Positions 49,348-58,391 of a DNA stretch of 64,000 nucleotides are shown here, one piece after another. The stretch comes from Clostridiales bacterium (lineage in GTDB: Bacteria > Bacillota > Clostridia > Oscillospirales > Oscillospiraceae), in assembly GCA_022772525.1 (NCBI GenBank), contig JALFAD010000046.1:56-64055 (forward strand), written 5' to 3'. The notes under the pieces were generated by a model that saw nothing but the letters and a program-made list of their open reading frames with translations, did no database searches and was not told the origin of the DNA. The number at the start of each line of letters is the position of its first letter. Position 1 is the first letter of the stretch. The position numbers and the translations under genes were made by a program.

Positions 49348-49800
49348 TTAGAATTCCACGCGAAGCCGCACCTGGGCGACCTCGGATTTTTCAAACGTAA
49401 TGGTTTCTTTTCCCGCCTCCACGGTGAGTTTTCCCTGATCGTAAGCTTTCAGTACGCAGGGAATTTCCTTCAGTCCGTTTCTGGGGCGGTAAAGCTTCAC
49501 GGTAATGGGACTGCCCAGGAACCGCTGGAAATCACCGGGGCGTTTCAGCACCCGCTCCAATCCGGCGGAGCAGACCTCGAAGTGATAGGACCCGGGGATG
49601 GGGTCTTTTTCGTCGAGAATCGGGTCAACGGCCCGGGACACGGCCTCGCAGTCGTCGATATTCACGCCGCCCTCCTTGTCAAGGTACAGCCGCAGGAAAT
49701 AGTCGCTGCCCTCCCGGACATACTCCACGTCCCACAGCTCGCACCCATGGGCCTCCACAATGGGGCGGGCGAATTCCGCCACCAGTTCTGTCACCTTCAT
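49348..49800 (-). CDS. rimP: Ribosome maturation factor RimP
   Basis: DDCEAVSR and EVCSAGLER; first gene of the nusA operon. Confidence 0.95.
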   Translation of the reverse strand: MKVTELVAEFARPIVEAHGCELWDVEYVREGSDYFLRLYLDKEGGVNIDDCEAVSRAVDPILDEKDPIPGSYHFEVCSAGLERVLKRPGDFQRFLGSPITVKLYRPRNGLKEIPCVLKAYDQGKLTVEAGKETITFEKSEVAQVRLRVEF

Positions 49801-50018
49801 TGGCTTTTCCTCCTTAAGGCTAAGAAGAAAGAGAGGCGCTTGCGCCTCTCTTTGCCTACATTCTACCGTTTAACGAGGATATTATACCACCGGATTCCCC
49901 GTTTTGCAAGGGGTTTCCTGCAAAAAATGGGCCAATATTTTTCCCATATTCGACGGATTATCGTGAAAAACTTCCAAATGCGGAAAACGAACGGCGAAAT
50001 TCGCCGTCCATTCCCATA

Positions 50019-51974
50019 TTATTCCGCCAAGTTGGGGAGCGTTCCGCTCTTTTTCGCGGCGGCAAGCTGCATGACGAACACCAGCGCTACCATCGCCACG
50101 CCGATGACATCGGTGGTCACGCCGGGGAAAATCAGCATCAGGCCGCCCACACAGCAGACAAAACGCTCATACCAGGGCATATCGGTTTTGAGATATCCCT
50201 CCAGAGAGGCGGACACCGCGAAGATGCCCACAAAGGAGGTGAGGCTGATGGTAATGACGCCCACGATGTTGGTGTCCACAAACAGCATGGCAGGATTCAG
50301 GGCGAATACGTAGGGCACGATAAAGGCGGCAACCGCCAGCTTGGTAGCGGTAATGGCGGTTTTCATGGGGTTGCCCTGGGCAATGGCCGCGCCGGCATAG
50401 GCCGCCAGCGCCACGGGAGGCGTCAGGTCGGCCACAATGCCGAAGTAGAACACGAAGAAGTGGGCCGCGATGGCGGGTACGCCCATCCGGATGAGGATGG
50501 GGGCGCAGGTAGCCGCCATGATGCAGTAGGTAGCGGTGGTGGGCACGCCCATGCCCAGCACAATGCAGCAGATCATGGTCAGGAACAGCGCGATGAGCAC
50601 CTGATTGCCCGCCAGCGTGACGATGCCGTTGATCAGCATATTGGCAAGGCCGGTCATGGTGATGGTTCCGGCAATGACGCCGGCGATGCCGCAGGCGGCG
50701 GCAACGGTGATGGTACCCTGACCGCCGGCGGCAAGGGCCTCCAGCAGGCGCTTGGGGGTCATGCGGGTGTTCTTATCGAACAGGGACACGAAGATGGCAG
50801 CCACAATGGCGATGGCGGCAGCGTACTGAATGCTTCTGGTGCTGGTGCTGACAAGATAAACCAGCAGAACCAGCGGCAGCAGCAGATAGACCTTTTTCAG
50901 CAGGGGCCGCAGACGGGGCAGTTCCTCCCGGCTCAGGCCCCGCAGGCCCAGCTTCTTGGCCTCCAGATGCACCGCCACGAAAATACCGGCAAAGTACAGC
51001 ACTGCGGGCAGAATGGCCTTCAGAGCAATCTGCCCGTAGGGGAGCTGCACATAGTCCGCCATCAGGAAGGCAGCCGCGCCCATGATTGGGGGCATGATCT
51101 GACCGCCGGTGGAAGCGGAAGCCTCAGTAGCGGCGGCAAACTCGGAGTCGTAGCCGGTTTTCTTCATCAGCGGAATGGTGACGGAACCGGAGCCGACGGT
51201 ATTCGCCACGGAAGAACCGGACACCATGCCGAGCAAGGCGCTGGCAACGACAGCCACCTTGGCGGGGCCGCCGGACAGGCCGCCCAGAATGGAGTTGGCT
51301 ACATTGATGAAGAAGTCCGCGATACCGCTGCGCTCCAGAAACGCGCCGAAGATGATGAACACCACTATAAATTTGGAGCACACGTTGATGGGGGTAGAGA
51401 GAATGCCCTCCTTGCTGTAGAACAGGTAGCGTACAATATAGTTGAGCTTGCCCCACAGGGTGGGATTGGACAGGCCCGCGATCAGGGCGTAGGCCAGAAA
51501 GCACCCCGCCACGATCAGGATAGGCAGGCCCACGCTCCGGCGGCAGACCTCCGCCAGCGCCAGAATGCCCACGATGCCGATGACAATCTGATAGGGCGCG
51601 AACCGGGTGCCCTGCTGGATGATGGTCACGGCGTTGAAGGAGAAATACAGAAACGCCGCCGTGCCCAGCACCATGGCGAGGATATCATACCAGGGAATGT
51701 GGTTGACCTTCTGGTGGGATTTTTTCGCCGGAAACACCAGAAAGCCCAAAAATACAATCCATGCCACGAAGGTGGTCAGCCGCAGCTCCTCCAGCCAGCT
51801 GGCAAACAGGGTCACATACAGGCAGAACAGGGAAAACGCCGCCAGCACGCAGTTGACCGCGATGCGGGGCTTGCCCTCCCAGACCCGGACGTTGGACTCC
51901 TGGTCATATTTTTTCATGACCGCTTCCAGGTCCATAGGCGCTTCCGGCTTGTTTTTTTTCTTGAACAATGCCAT
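50019..51974 (-). CDS. TRAP transporter fused (4TM/12TM) permease
   Basis: GGPAKVAV, SGSSVAN, GGQIMPPIMGAAAF and TPPVA motifs. Confidence 0.93.
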   Translation of the reverse strand: MALFKKKNKPEAPMDLEAVMKKYDQESNVRVWEGKPRIAVNCVLAAFSLFCLYVTLFASWLEELRLTTFVAWIVFLGFLVFPAKKSHQKVNHIPWYDILAMVLGTAAFLYFSFNAVTIIQQGTRFAPYQIVIGIVGILALAEVCRRSVGLPILIVAGCFLAYALIAGLSNPTLWGKLNYIVRYLFYSKEGILSTPINVCSKFIVVFIIFGAFLERSGIADFFINVANSILGGLSGGPAKVAVVASALLGMVSGSSVANTVGSGSVTIPLMKKTGYDSEFAAATEASASTGGQIMPPIMGAAAFLMADYVQLPYGQIALKAILPAVLYFAGIFVAVHLEAKKLGLRGLSREELPRLRPLLKKVYLLLPLVLLVYLVSTSTRSIQYAAAIAIVAAIFVSLFDKNTRMTPKRLLEALAAGGQGTITVAAACGIAGVIAGTITMTGLANMLINGIVTLAGNQVLIALFLTMICCIVLGMGVPTTATYCIMAATCAPILIRMGVPAIAAHFFVFYFGIVADLTPPVALAAYAGAAIAQGNPMKTAITATKLAVAAFIVPYVFALNPAMLFVDTNIVGVITISLTSFVGIFAVSASLEGYLKTDMPWYERFVCCVGGLMLIFPGVTTDVIGVAMVALVFVMQLAAAKKSGTLPNLAE

Positions 51975-52165
51975 ATTTCAATCTCCTTCCCAATTTTTCA
52001 GACGCAGGCTGCCGTACCGCGCCGCACAATATAATATAGGGTACAGGGCTGGGGAAAAGCTCCCGAAAAAGTGCGGGGACTTTTCCTCCACCCTGCAAAT
52101 TTGCGAATTGGCTGCGGCGAAACGCTCGCCGCAGCCATTCTGTGGTTCATCTTGAAGCGCCGTGA

Positions 52166-53131
52166 TTACTTGGTCTCCACGGTCACGCCCTTCTCGGCGT
52201 AGTACTTGGCTGCGCCGGCGTGGAAGGGAGCGGACATACCGGAGGTTGCGTTCTCCACGCTCAGCTCCTTGCCCTTGCCGTTCTCGGCGGCGATGGCATC
52301 CACATTGTCGAAGATGGCCTTGGTCAGGTTGTACACATCGTCGTCACTGGCGGAGGCGGAAACAATCAGGGTGGCCTTCACGGTGACGGTGGTCACATCC
52401 GTATCCTGACCGTTGTAGGTGCCTGCGGGGATGCTGTAGGCAGTGTAGAAGGGGCAGTCCGCCATGAGCTTGTCGGCAACCGCGCCGTCAATGGGCACGA
52501 GATACGCGTCGTTGGTGGTGCACAGCTCGGTGATGGCGGCGGTGGGAGCGCCGGCCACGATGAAAGCGGCGTCGATCTTGCCGTCCTTCAGAGCGTCGGT
52601 GGAGTCAGCGAAGCTCTGGTACTGGGGCTTGATGTCGTCCTCGGTCAGGCCGGCGGCGGTGAGCACGTCCACAGCGTTAAAGTAAACGCCGGAGTTGGGG
52701 GCGCCGATAGAGACGCTCTTGCCGGCCAGATCGGCAACGGACTTTATGGAGGGGTCCATGGTGATGAGCTGAACCGCCTCGGCGTACAGGCCGCCCACCA
52801 CCCGGAAGGAGTCGATGGCGCCGGTGCTCTCGAAGGAGCGGGTGCCTGCCCAGGCGTAAGCCATAACATCGGACTGCACGGTGCCCAGCTGGTAGTCACC
52901 GTCAGCGATGGATTCAATATTCGCCTTGGAACCGTCGGTGGAAACCACGGTTACATCGATGCCCGCCTTGTTCTTGATGTACTGGCCGAGTACACCGCCG
53001 AAGGCGTAGTAGGTGCCGGCAGTGCCGCCGGTTCCCATGGTCATCTTGGTCGCGGCTTTGGTTCCGCCGCAGGCTGTCAGAAGAGTCACTGCCATGATAG
53101 CTGTCAGAACGATGGAGAGAGTCTTCTTCAT
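52166..53131 (-). CDS. TAXI-family TRAP solute-binding lipoprotein
   Basis: Lipobox LTAC, TGGTAGTYY, GSKAN and PFHAGA motifs. Confidence 0.93.
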   Translation of the reverse strand: MKKTLSIVLTAIMAVTLLTACGGTKAATKMTMGTGGTAGTYYAFGGVLGQYIKNKAGIDVTVVSTDGSKANIESIADGDYQLGTVQSDVMAYAWAGTRSFESTGAIDSFRVVGGLYAEAVQLITMDPSIKSVADLAGKSVSIGAPNSGVYFNAVDVLTAAGLTEDDIKPQYQSFADSTDALKDGKIDAAFIVAGAPTAAITELCTTNDAYLVPIDGAVADKLMADCPFYTAYSIPAGTYNGQDTDVTTVTVKATLIVSASASDDDVYNLTKAIFDNVDAIAAENGKGKELSVENATSGMSAPFHAGAAKYYAEKGVTVETK

Positions 53132-53494
53132 ATTGTTTTTACCTCCTTGTATTCTCCGTTTTGCGGAGTGGGTGATAGCTGCATTATATCATAGATTTGC
53201 ATTTTTGCAAGTTCAAAATTGCATAGTATATCCGTCATCCCCCATTATATCCCGCAAATTAACGGTTTCTGTGCGATTTTTGATGGCTGATTATGCAAAA
53301 ATTCAAGTCAGCATTCGCCATAAGCCGTCACCGTTTGTGCAACATCGCCATCCAGTTCATACTTTTTGGCTTTTATTTACAGCATTCCTCCAAAATGTTC
53401 CTGCACGGCGGAAAAGCGTATTCTGTCGGTGGATAATCGCACAAAAGTACCCCTGCTGACCAGCGTTTTTGCCGTCAGCAGGGGCGCAGAAACC

Positions 53495-53917
53495 TTATTT
53501 TTGTTTCATCAGGCGCTGAATCAGGGCCTTGTCCACCTGGTGGTACACTTTGCCGTCCCAGCGAAGGTTGGGGCCTTTTCCGCACAGGCGCATACAGCCC
53601 GTTCGCTTCACCGTCACGTCCTTGGGCGCAATTTTTTCGGCGTAATCCGCCAGAAACGCGGCTTTGCCGCAGTTCGGCCCGGCGCACAGCTCCATGCAGT
53701 GTCCCCCGGACAGCCGCGCTCTGGGAATCCGCCGGATCAGCGCCAGCACCAGCGGCTCCCGAATCCCATAAAATTCCGCAATTTTTGCCGGGGCCTCCGC
53801 CGGAATGCAGCCGTTTTCCTTCTGAATCTCCTTCAGCAGGGCAATCAGGGCGTTCTGATCTCCCGGCGCGCCCTGACGGCGATAGTATTCCAGCGCTTCC
53901 TTCAAATTCCATTCCAT
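53495..53917 (-). CDS. NuoE/HndA-like thioredoxin-fold 2Fe-2S protein, stand-alone
   Basis: LIALLKEIQ..G.IP, then CAGPNC and GCMRLCGKGPN. GGAGG RBS. Confidence 0.75.
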   Translation of the reverse strand: MEWNLKEALEYYRRQGAPGDQNALIALLKEIQKENGCIPAEAPAKIAEFYGIREPLVLALIRRIPRARLSGGHCMELCAGPNCGKAAFLADYAEKIAPKDVTVKRTGCMRLCGKGPNLRWDGKVYHQVDKALIQRLMKQK

Positions 53918-54082
53918 ATTGTTTCCTCCATTGGCAGAACACGCCCCGGCAGGATCTGCCGGGGCGCTCAACAGATTTATTATAGCACGGTATTTCACGT
54001 CAGTCAATGATAATTCCCCTTCAGAGCTGATTTTCTCCCATTTGCATGGATAATACAACACTTTTTTAGGAAGGTTTCCATC

Positions 54083-54111
54083 TTGTATTTTAAAAACAAC
54101 GGTGTTATTAT
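54083..54111 (+). promoter_or_regulatory. SigA-type extended -10 promoter
   Basis: TTGTAT-N17-TATTAT preceded by TGn. Confidence 0.6.
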
Positions 54112-54117
54112 ATAGCT

Positions 54118-54385
54118 ACAAAGAGGTGATACCAATGATCTAGTTCACCCCAGATTCCCATGAAAAACGGAATCGAAAGACGGATCTCACCTTTTCTTCC
54201 GATAACATAAATTTCTAGGAAACCATACTATAGGAATTGAGACGGAAGCAATTCAAAAAATGAACCACCGAGATCGCGTCTTAATCTGCAGAAAGCGAGG
54301 TTACCCAATGATTGACCCCTACTGTTCCATGAAATAACCCTCGGCAGCTATCGAGAATCGAAGCTGACCGAGGGTTATTTCTTTT
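54118..54385 (+). ncRNA. Putative ~270-nt structured RNA or mini-ORF transcript of unknown class
   Basis: Bounded by a promoter and the terminator GAAATAACCCTCGG..CCGAGGGTTATTTC-TTTT. Contains two related hairpins with CCAATGAT loops and no conventional ORF. Confidence 0.55.
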
Positions 54386-54460
54386 GCGGCGGGCGGCAAG
54401 GCCGCCAGCTAATGCGTGCGCAAGCCAATTGTAATCGGAAAACCATTGGGCGTTCATTAT

Positions 54461-54515
54461 GGTATGATTGCCACTGGCAATCATTGGTATTTCAGATTCG
54501 CTGCGCGGAGCACCA
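54461..54515 (+). repeat. Small repeat family C
   Basis: GGTATGATTGCCACTGGCAATCA..GATTCGCTGCGCG..GCACC. A related copy lies at ~8282-8331(-). Confidence 0.7.
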
Positions 54516-54581
54516 CGCTCGGTTTCGTTCCCTTGCAAAAGCAGGGAACGTTCTTTTTTTGTCAAGTGATAAATTTTCCCC

Positions 54582-54612
54582 TTGACTCTCCCCTAACGTC
54601 ATAGTGTACAAT
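54582..54612 (+). promoter_or_regulatory. MerR-type promoter with 19-bp spacer
   Basis: TTGACT-N19-TACAAT with a TGAC..GTCA dyad. Confidence 0.75.
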
Positions 54613-54634
54613 GCTTTTGACAGGAGGAGATGCC

Positions 54635-54836
54635 ATGTTAACCGTAAAACAGCTGGCGCGAAAATGCGGTGTGAGTGTGCGCACGCTCCACCACTATGAC
54701 GCCATCGGGCTGCTCAGGCCCGCCAAGACCACCGAAGCCGGCTACCGGCTGTATGACGGAAAACATCGACGCCGCAGGGGGCGACGGAACCGGGGCCTTT
54801 GCCCGGGAGGCCATTGCATTTTATTGCAGCAAATAA
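54635..54836 (+). pseudogene. MerR/TipA(Mta)-like regulator, internally deleted
   Basis: [21 protein letters not shown]...AGYRLYD is joined out of frame to a TipAS-like C-terminus, [25 protein letters not shown]. Confidence 0.8.
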
Positions 54837-55026
54837 GCGCGCACCCGCCGGGTAAAGGCGGGTGCTTTCTGTTGTCATTTTTTATAAAGCAGCTGCCATT
54901 GCCTGCCAAAATTTGTATATCGTAGGCCAAAATCCGAGCCCCGTCCGTCAATTTCTATTTCACCCTTGAGAAATCGTGTTGTGTGAAGTATAATGCAAAC
55001 ATTATACAGTAAAGGAAGATTTTCTT

Positions 55027-56133
55027 ATGGACAAATGGAAGAAATTTCTCGCCCGCAAGGATGTGGTCTTCACCCTCCAGCGCTATGGCATTGACGCCCT
55101 CGGCGCTATGGCTCAGGGCCTGTTCTGCACCCTGCTGGTAGGCACCATTCTCAACACCATCGGCAAGCAGTTGGGCATCGCCTTTTTGCAGAACGCCATC
55201 GTCACCATCGGCTCCGGTGAGGGCGCGGTGAAGTACACCATCGGTGGTCTGTGCTCCGCCATGGTCGGCCCCGGTATCGCCGTGGCCATCGGCTTTGCCC
55301 TGCACTGCCCGTCGCTGGTGCTGTTCTCCCTGATCCCCGTGGGCTTCGCCGCCAACGCCATGGGCGGTGCGGGCGGCCCCCTGTCCGTGTACTTCGTGGC
55401 CATCGTGGCTGCCGAGTGCGGCAAGCTGGTATCCAAGGAGACGAAAATCGACATTCTGGTGACTCCCATCGTCACGGTGCTGGTGGGCATTCTGGTTGCC
55501 GATGTGGTAGCAGCCCCCATCGGCGCGGCAGCTTCCGCCGTGGGCACCTTCGTCCGCTGGGCAACGGTTTTGCAGCCCTTCTGGATGGGCATTCTGGTGT
55601 CCGTTGTCATCGGCGTAGCCCTGACCCTGCCCATTTCCTCCGCCGCCATCTGCGCGGCCCTGAGCCTGACGGGCCTTGCCGGCGGCGCGGCTGTTGCCGG
55701 CTGCTGTGCCCAGATGGTTGGCTTCGCCGTCATGAGCTTCAAGGAAAACCGCTGGGGCGGTCTTGTGGCGCAGGGCGTGGGCACCAGCATGCTGCAAATG
55801 CCCAACATTGTAAAGAACCCAAAAATCTGGATTCCCCCCACGCTGGCTTCCGCCATTACCGGGCCTTTGGCTACCTGCCTGTTCAAGCTGGAAATGAACG
55901 GTGCCGCCGTGTCCTCCGGCATGGGCACCTGCGGCTTTGTGGGCCAGATTGGCGTGTACACCGGCTGGTTGGGTGACATTGCTTCCGGAGCCAAGGCTGC
56001 CATCACCGGCATGGACTGGGCCGGACTGGTGCTCATCTGCTTCGTGCTGCCCGCGGTGCTCAGCTGGGTATTCTGTGAGATTCTGCGCAAAAAAGGCTGG
56101 ATCAAAGAAAACGACCTCAAGCTGGATCTTTGA
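55027..56133 (+). CDS. PTS EIIC-like (PTS_EIIC_2) membrane protein
   Basis: ALGAMAQGLF, LTLPISSAA, GTSMLQ and SGMG motifs. Confidence 0.82.
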   Translation: MDKWKKFLARKDVVFTLQRYGIDALGAMAQGLFCTLLVGTILNTIGKQLGIAFLQNAIVTIGSGEGAVKYTIGGLCSAMVGPGIAVAIGFALHCPSLVLFSLIPVGFAANAMGGAGGPLSVYFVAIVAAECGKLVSKETKIDILVTPIVTVLVGILVADVVAAPIGAAASAVGTFVRWATVLQPFWMGILVSVVIGVALTLPISSAAICAALSLTGLAGGAAVAGCCAQMVGFAVMSFKENRWGGLVAQGVGTSMLQMPNIVKNPKIWIPPTLASAITGPLATCLFKLEMNGAAVSSGMGTCGFVGQIGVYTGWLGDIASGAKAAITGMDWAGLVLICFVLPAVLSWVFCEILRKKGWIKENDLKLDL

Positions 56134-56178
56134 TTTACAGAGTATAAACGGGAGGGGCATCGCCCCTCCCGTTTTCCG

Positions 56179-56607
56179 TTATCTTCCGAAGATCCTTGTC
56201 ACATTTGATAAAGACTTGGTGACTGCCGCCAGGTCCTCAATCGCCTTGTTCAGTGCGTCAAAGTCGATGCTGTTCAGCTTTTCCATGGTGGCTTCCAGAC
56301 TTTGCTGGCCGGTGGTCACCAGGCCCTCCACGCCGCTGACCATGCCCTGCAGATCCACCTGCGACAGCTGATACGAGGTATGCTCCAGATAATCCAGCAC
56401 TGTACTGACCTGATTGACCGCGTTCTGCGTCTGTCCCAGAATGGCATTGATCTGGGGCATCAGCTTCAATACCGCCACTGTCAGCACCACCATACACACC
56501 GCGCACACCAGCACCAGCGCGGTACGGGCATACCCCGACCAGGTCTGAAGCCGGTTATTTTTTTCGATTTTCCGCAACAGCTCCAGGGTTTCCTTATTTT
56601 CTTCCAT
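56179..56607 (-). CDS. Hypothetical membrane-anchored helical protein
   Basis: One TM segment followed by amphipathic helices. Confidence 0.65.
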   Translation of the reverse strand: MEENKETLELLRKIEKNNRLQTWSGYARTALVLVCAVCMVVLTVAVLKLMPQINAILGQTQNAVNQVSTVLDYLEHTSYQLSQVDLQGMVSGVEGLVTTGQQSLEATMEKLNSIDFDALNKAIEDLAAVTKSLSNVTRIFGR

Positions 56608-56783
56608 GTACCCAGCAACCTTTCTGATTTCCGATTTGGCGGGCTTTTCCCGGCCCGTTATGTTCATCTTATCATACCCCGCTTTGGGACGCAATCTAAA
56701 TTCTTCCAGGAATTGACAATTGTCTGCCAATCATGTATATTGATGCCATGTTGTTTCGGCTGTTTTCATAAGGAGGAGATTTT

Positions 56784-58166
56784 TTGGAAACCATTACGCA
56801 AGTCAACGGAATTCTCAACGCCTTTATCTGGGGTATTCCCGCCATGGTGTGCATCATCGGCGTGGGTCTGTACTTAAGTTTTAAGACCGGCTTCATTCAG
56901 ATCCGCAAGTTCCCCTACGCCCTGCGCTGCACCATCGGGCGGATGTTCAAAAAGAAAGAAGCCAGCGACGGCGCCATTACCCCCTTTCAGGCAGTGTGCA
57001 CCGCCCTTGCCGCCACCGTGGGCACCGGCAACATCGCGGGTGTGGCGGGCGCTATCGCCATCGGCGGTCCCGGCGCGGTATTTTGGATGTGGATTTCCGC
57101 CCTGCTTGGTATGTGCACCAAGTTCTTCGAGGTGACGCTGGCGGTTCATTTTCGGGAGCGCAACGACCGGGGGGAACTGGTGGGCGGCCCCATGTACTAC
57201 ATCAAAAACGGTCTGGGCAAAAAATGGATGATTCTTGCCTACGCCTACGCCTTCTTCGGCGTGTGCGCCGTGTTCGGCACCGGCAACGCCACCCAGGTCA
57301 ACACCATCACCGCCGCCATCAACGCCGCACTAATGAATTTTAGTATATTGTCCGAAGCCCAGCTGCCCACCTGCAATCTGGTTATCGGCATCACAATTTG
57401 CCTGATCGTGGGTCTGATTCTCATTGGAGGAATCAAGCGTATCGGGCGGGTCAGCGAAAGATTAGTGCCTTTGATGGCCCTGCTGTACGTTATCCTTGCG
57501 CTGGGCATCATTGTTATCCATGTTGACTCGATTCCAGCCGTGTTTGCCGCCATTTTTGAGGGTGCCTTTAAGCCCTCTGCCGTCACCGGCGGCATCGTGG
57601 GCAGCTTCTTCCTGAGTATGAAGAAGGGCGTGTCCCGGGGCATTTTCTCCAACGAGGCCGGCCTTGGCACCGGCTCCATCGCCCACGCCTGCGCCGACAC
57701 CCGGGAGCCCATCCAGCAGGGTATGTTCGGCATCTTTGAGGTGTTCATGGACACCATCGTCATCTGCACCATGACGGCCCTGGTGATCCTCCTCAGCGGC
57801 GTGAGCGTGCCTTACGGTCAGGCCGCTGGCGCGGAGCTGACCATCTCCGGCTTCACCGCCGTCTACGGTAGCTGGGTGTCCATCTTCACAGCCGTTGCCA
57901 TGTGCTGCTTTGCCTTCTCCACTATCATCGGCTGGGGACTGTACGGTGCCCGGTGCGCGGAGTTCCTGTTCGGCAGCAAGATCATTTTGCCCTTCAACAT
58001 CGCCTACGCCCTCATCGCCATTGTGGGCGCGACGGTGAATCTGGGCCTTGTGTGGGACATGTCCGACACCTTCAACGGCTTCATGATTGTGCCCAACCTG
58101 ATTGCCGTATTTCTGCTGGCGCCTACCGTGTTTAAAATGCTGAAGGAGCATTTTCAGGCCAAATAA
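56784..58166 (+). CDS. Alanine/glycine:cation symporter (AgcS family)
   Basis: ALAATVGTGNI, GGPGAVFWMW, GGPMYY and FSNEAG motifs. TTG start follows AGGAGG. Confidence 0.93.
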   Translation: METITQVNGILNAFIWGIPAMVCIIGVGLYLSFKTGFIQIRKFPYALRCTIGRMFKKKEASDGAITPFQAVCTALAATVGTGNIAGVAGAIAIGGPGAVFWMWISALLGMCTKFFEVTLAVHFRERNDRGELVGGPMYYIKNGLGKKWMILAYAYAFFGVCAVFGTGNATQVNTITAAINAALMNFSILSEAQLPTCNLVIGITICLIVGLILIGGIKRIGRVSERLVPLMALLYVILALGIIVIHVDSIPAVFAAIFEGAFKPSAVTGGIVGSFFLSMKKGVSRGIFSNEAGLGTGSIAHACADTREPIQQGMFGIFEVFMDTIVICTMTALVILLSGVSVPYGQAAGAELTISGFTAVYGSWVSIFTAVAMCCFAFSTIIGWGLYGARCAEFLFGSKIILPFNIAYALIAIVGATVNLGLVWDMSDTFNGFMIVPNLIAVFLLAPTVFKMLKEHFQAK

Positions 58167-58204
58167 GAAGAACCTGCCCGGGAAGTAAACTTCCCGGGCA
58201 TTTT

Positions 58205-58378
58205 TTACCGGCAGAGCTTTGCCACAATTTCGTGCATCTCTTCCTCAGAGCTGGCATGGTGTGCCCGGTCAATCAGGGCCTGCTTCTCCTCCTCCGTCAG
58301 ATTGGAGTAAGCGTTGAAGGCCGGGGGGTTCATGGCCAACGCCATGCCGAAGCCGATGGGAATGTTGTAATAGTCCAT
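58205..58378 (-). CDS. Small hypothetical protein (57 aa)
   Basis: AAGGAGG RBS; MDYYNIPIGFGMALAMN..; directly downstream of spoIVB. Confidence 0.7.
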   Translation of the reverse strand: MDYYNIPIGFGMALAMNPPAFNAYSNLTEEEKQALIDRAHHASSEEEMHEIVAKLCR

Positions 58379-58391
58379 AATCGTTTCCTCC

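Noticed and set aside
54118-54385. T-box, tmRNA, 6S or riboswitch identity for the 54.1-kb unit
   Set aside because: I saw no T-box GGTGGNACCGCG, no tRNA-like ends and no recognisable riboswitch core. The next gene has its own MerR-type promoter.
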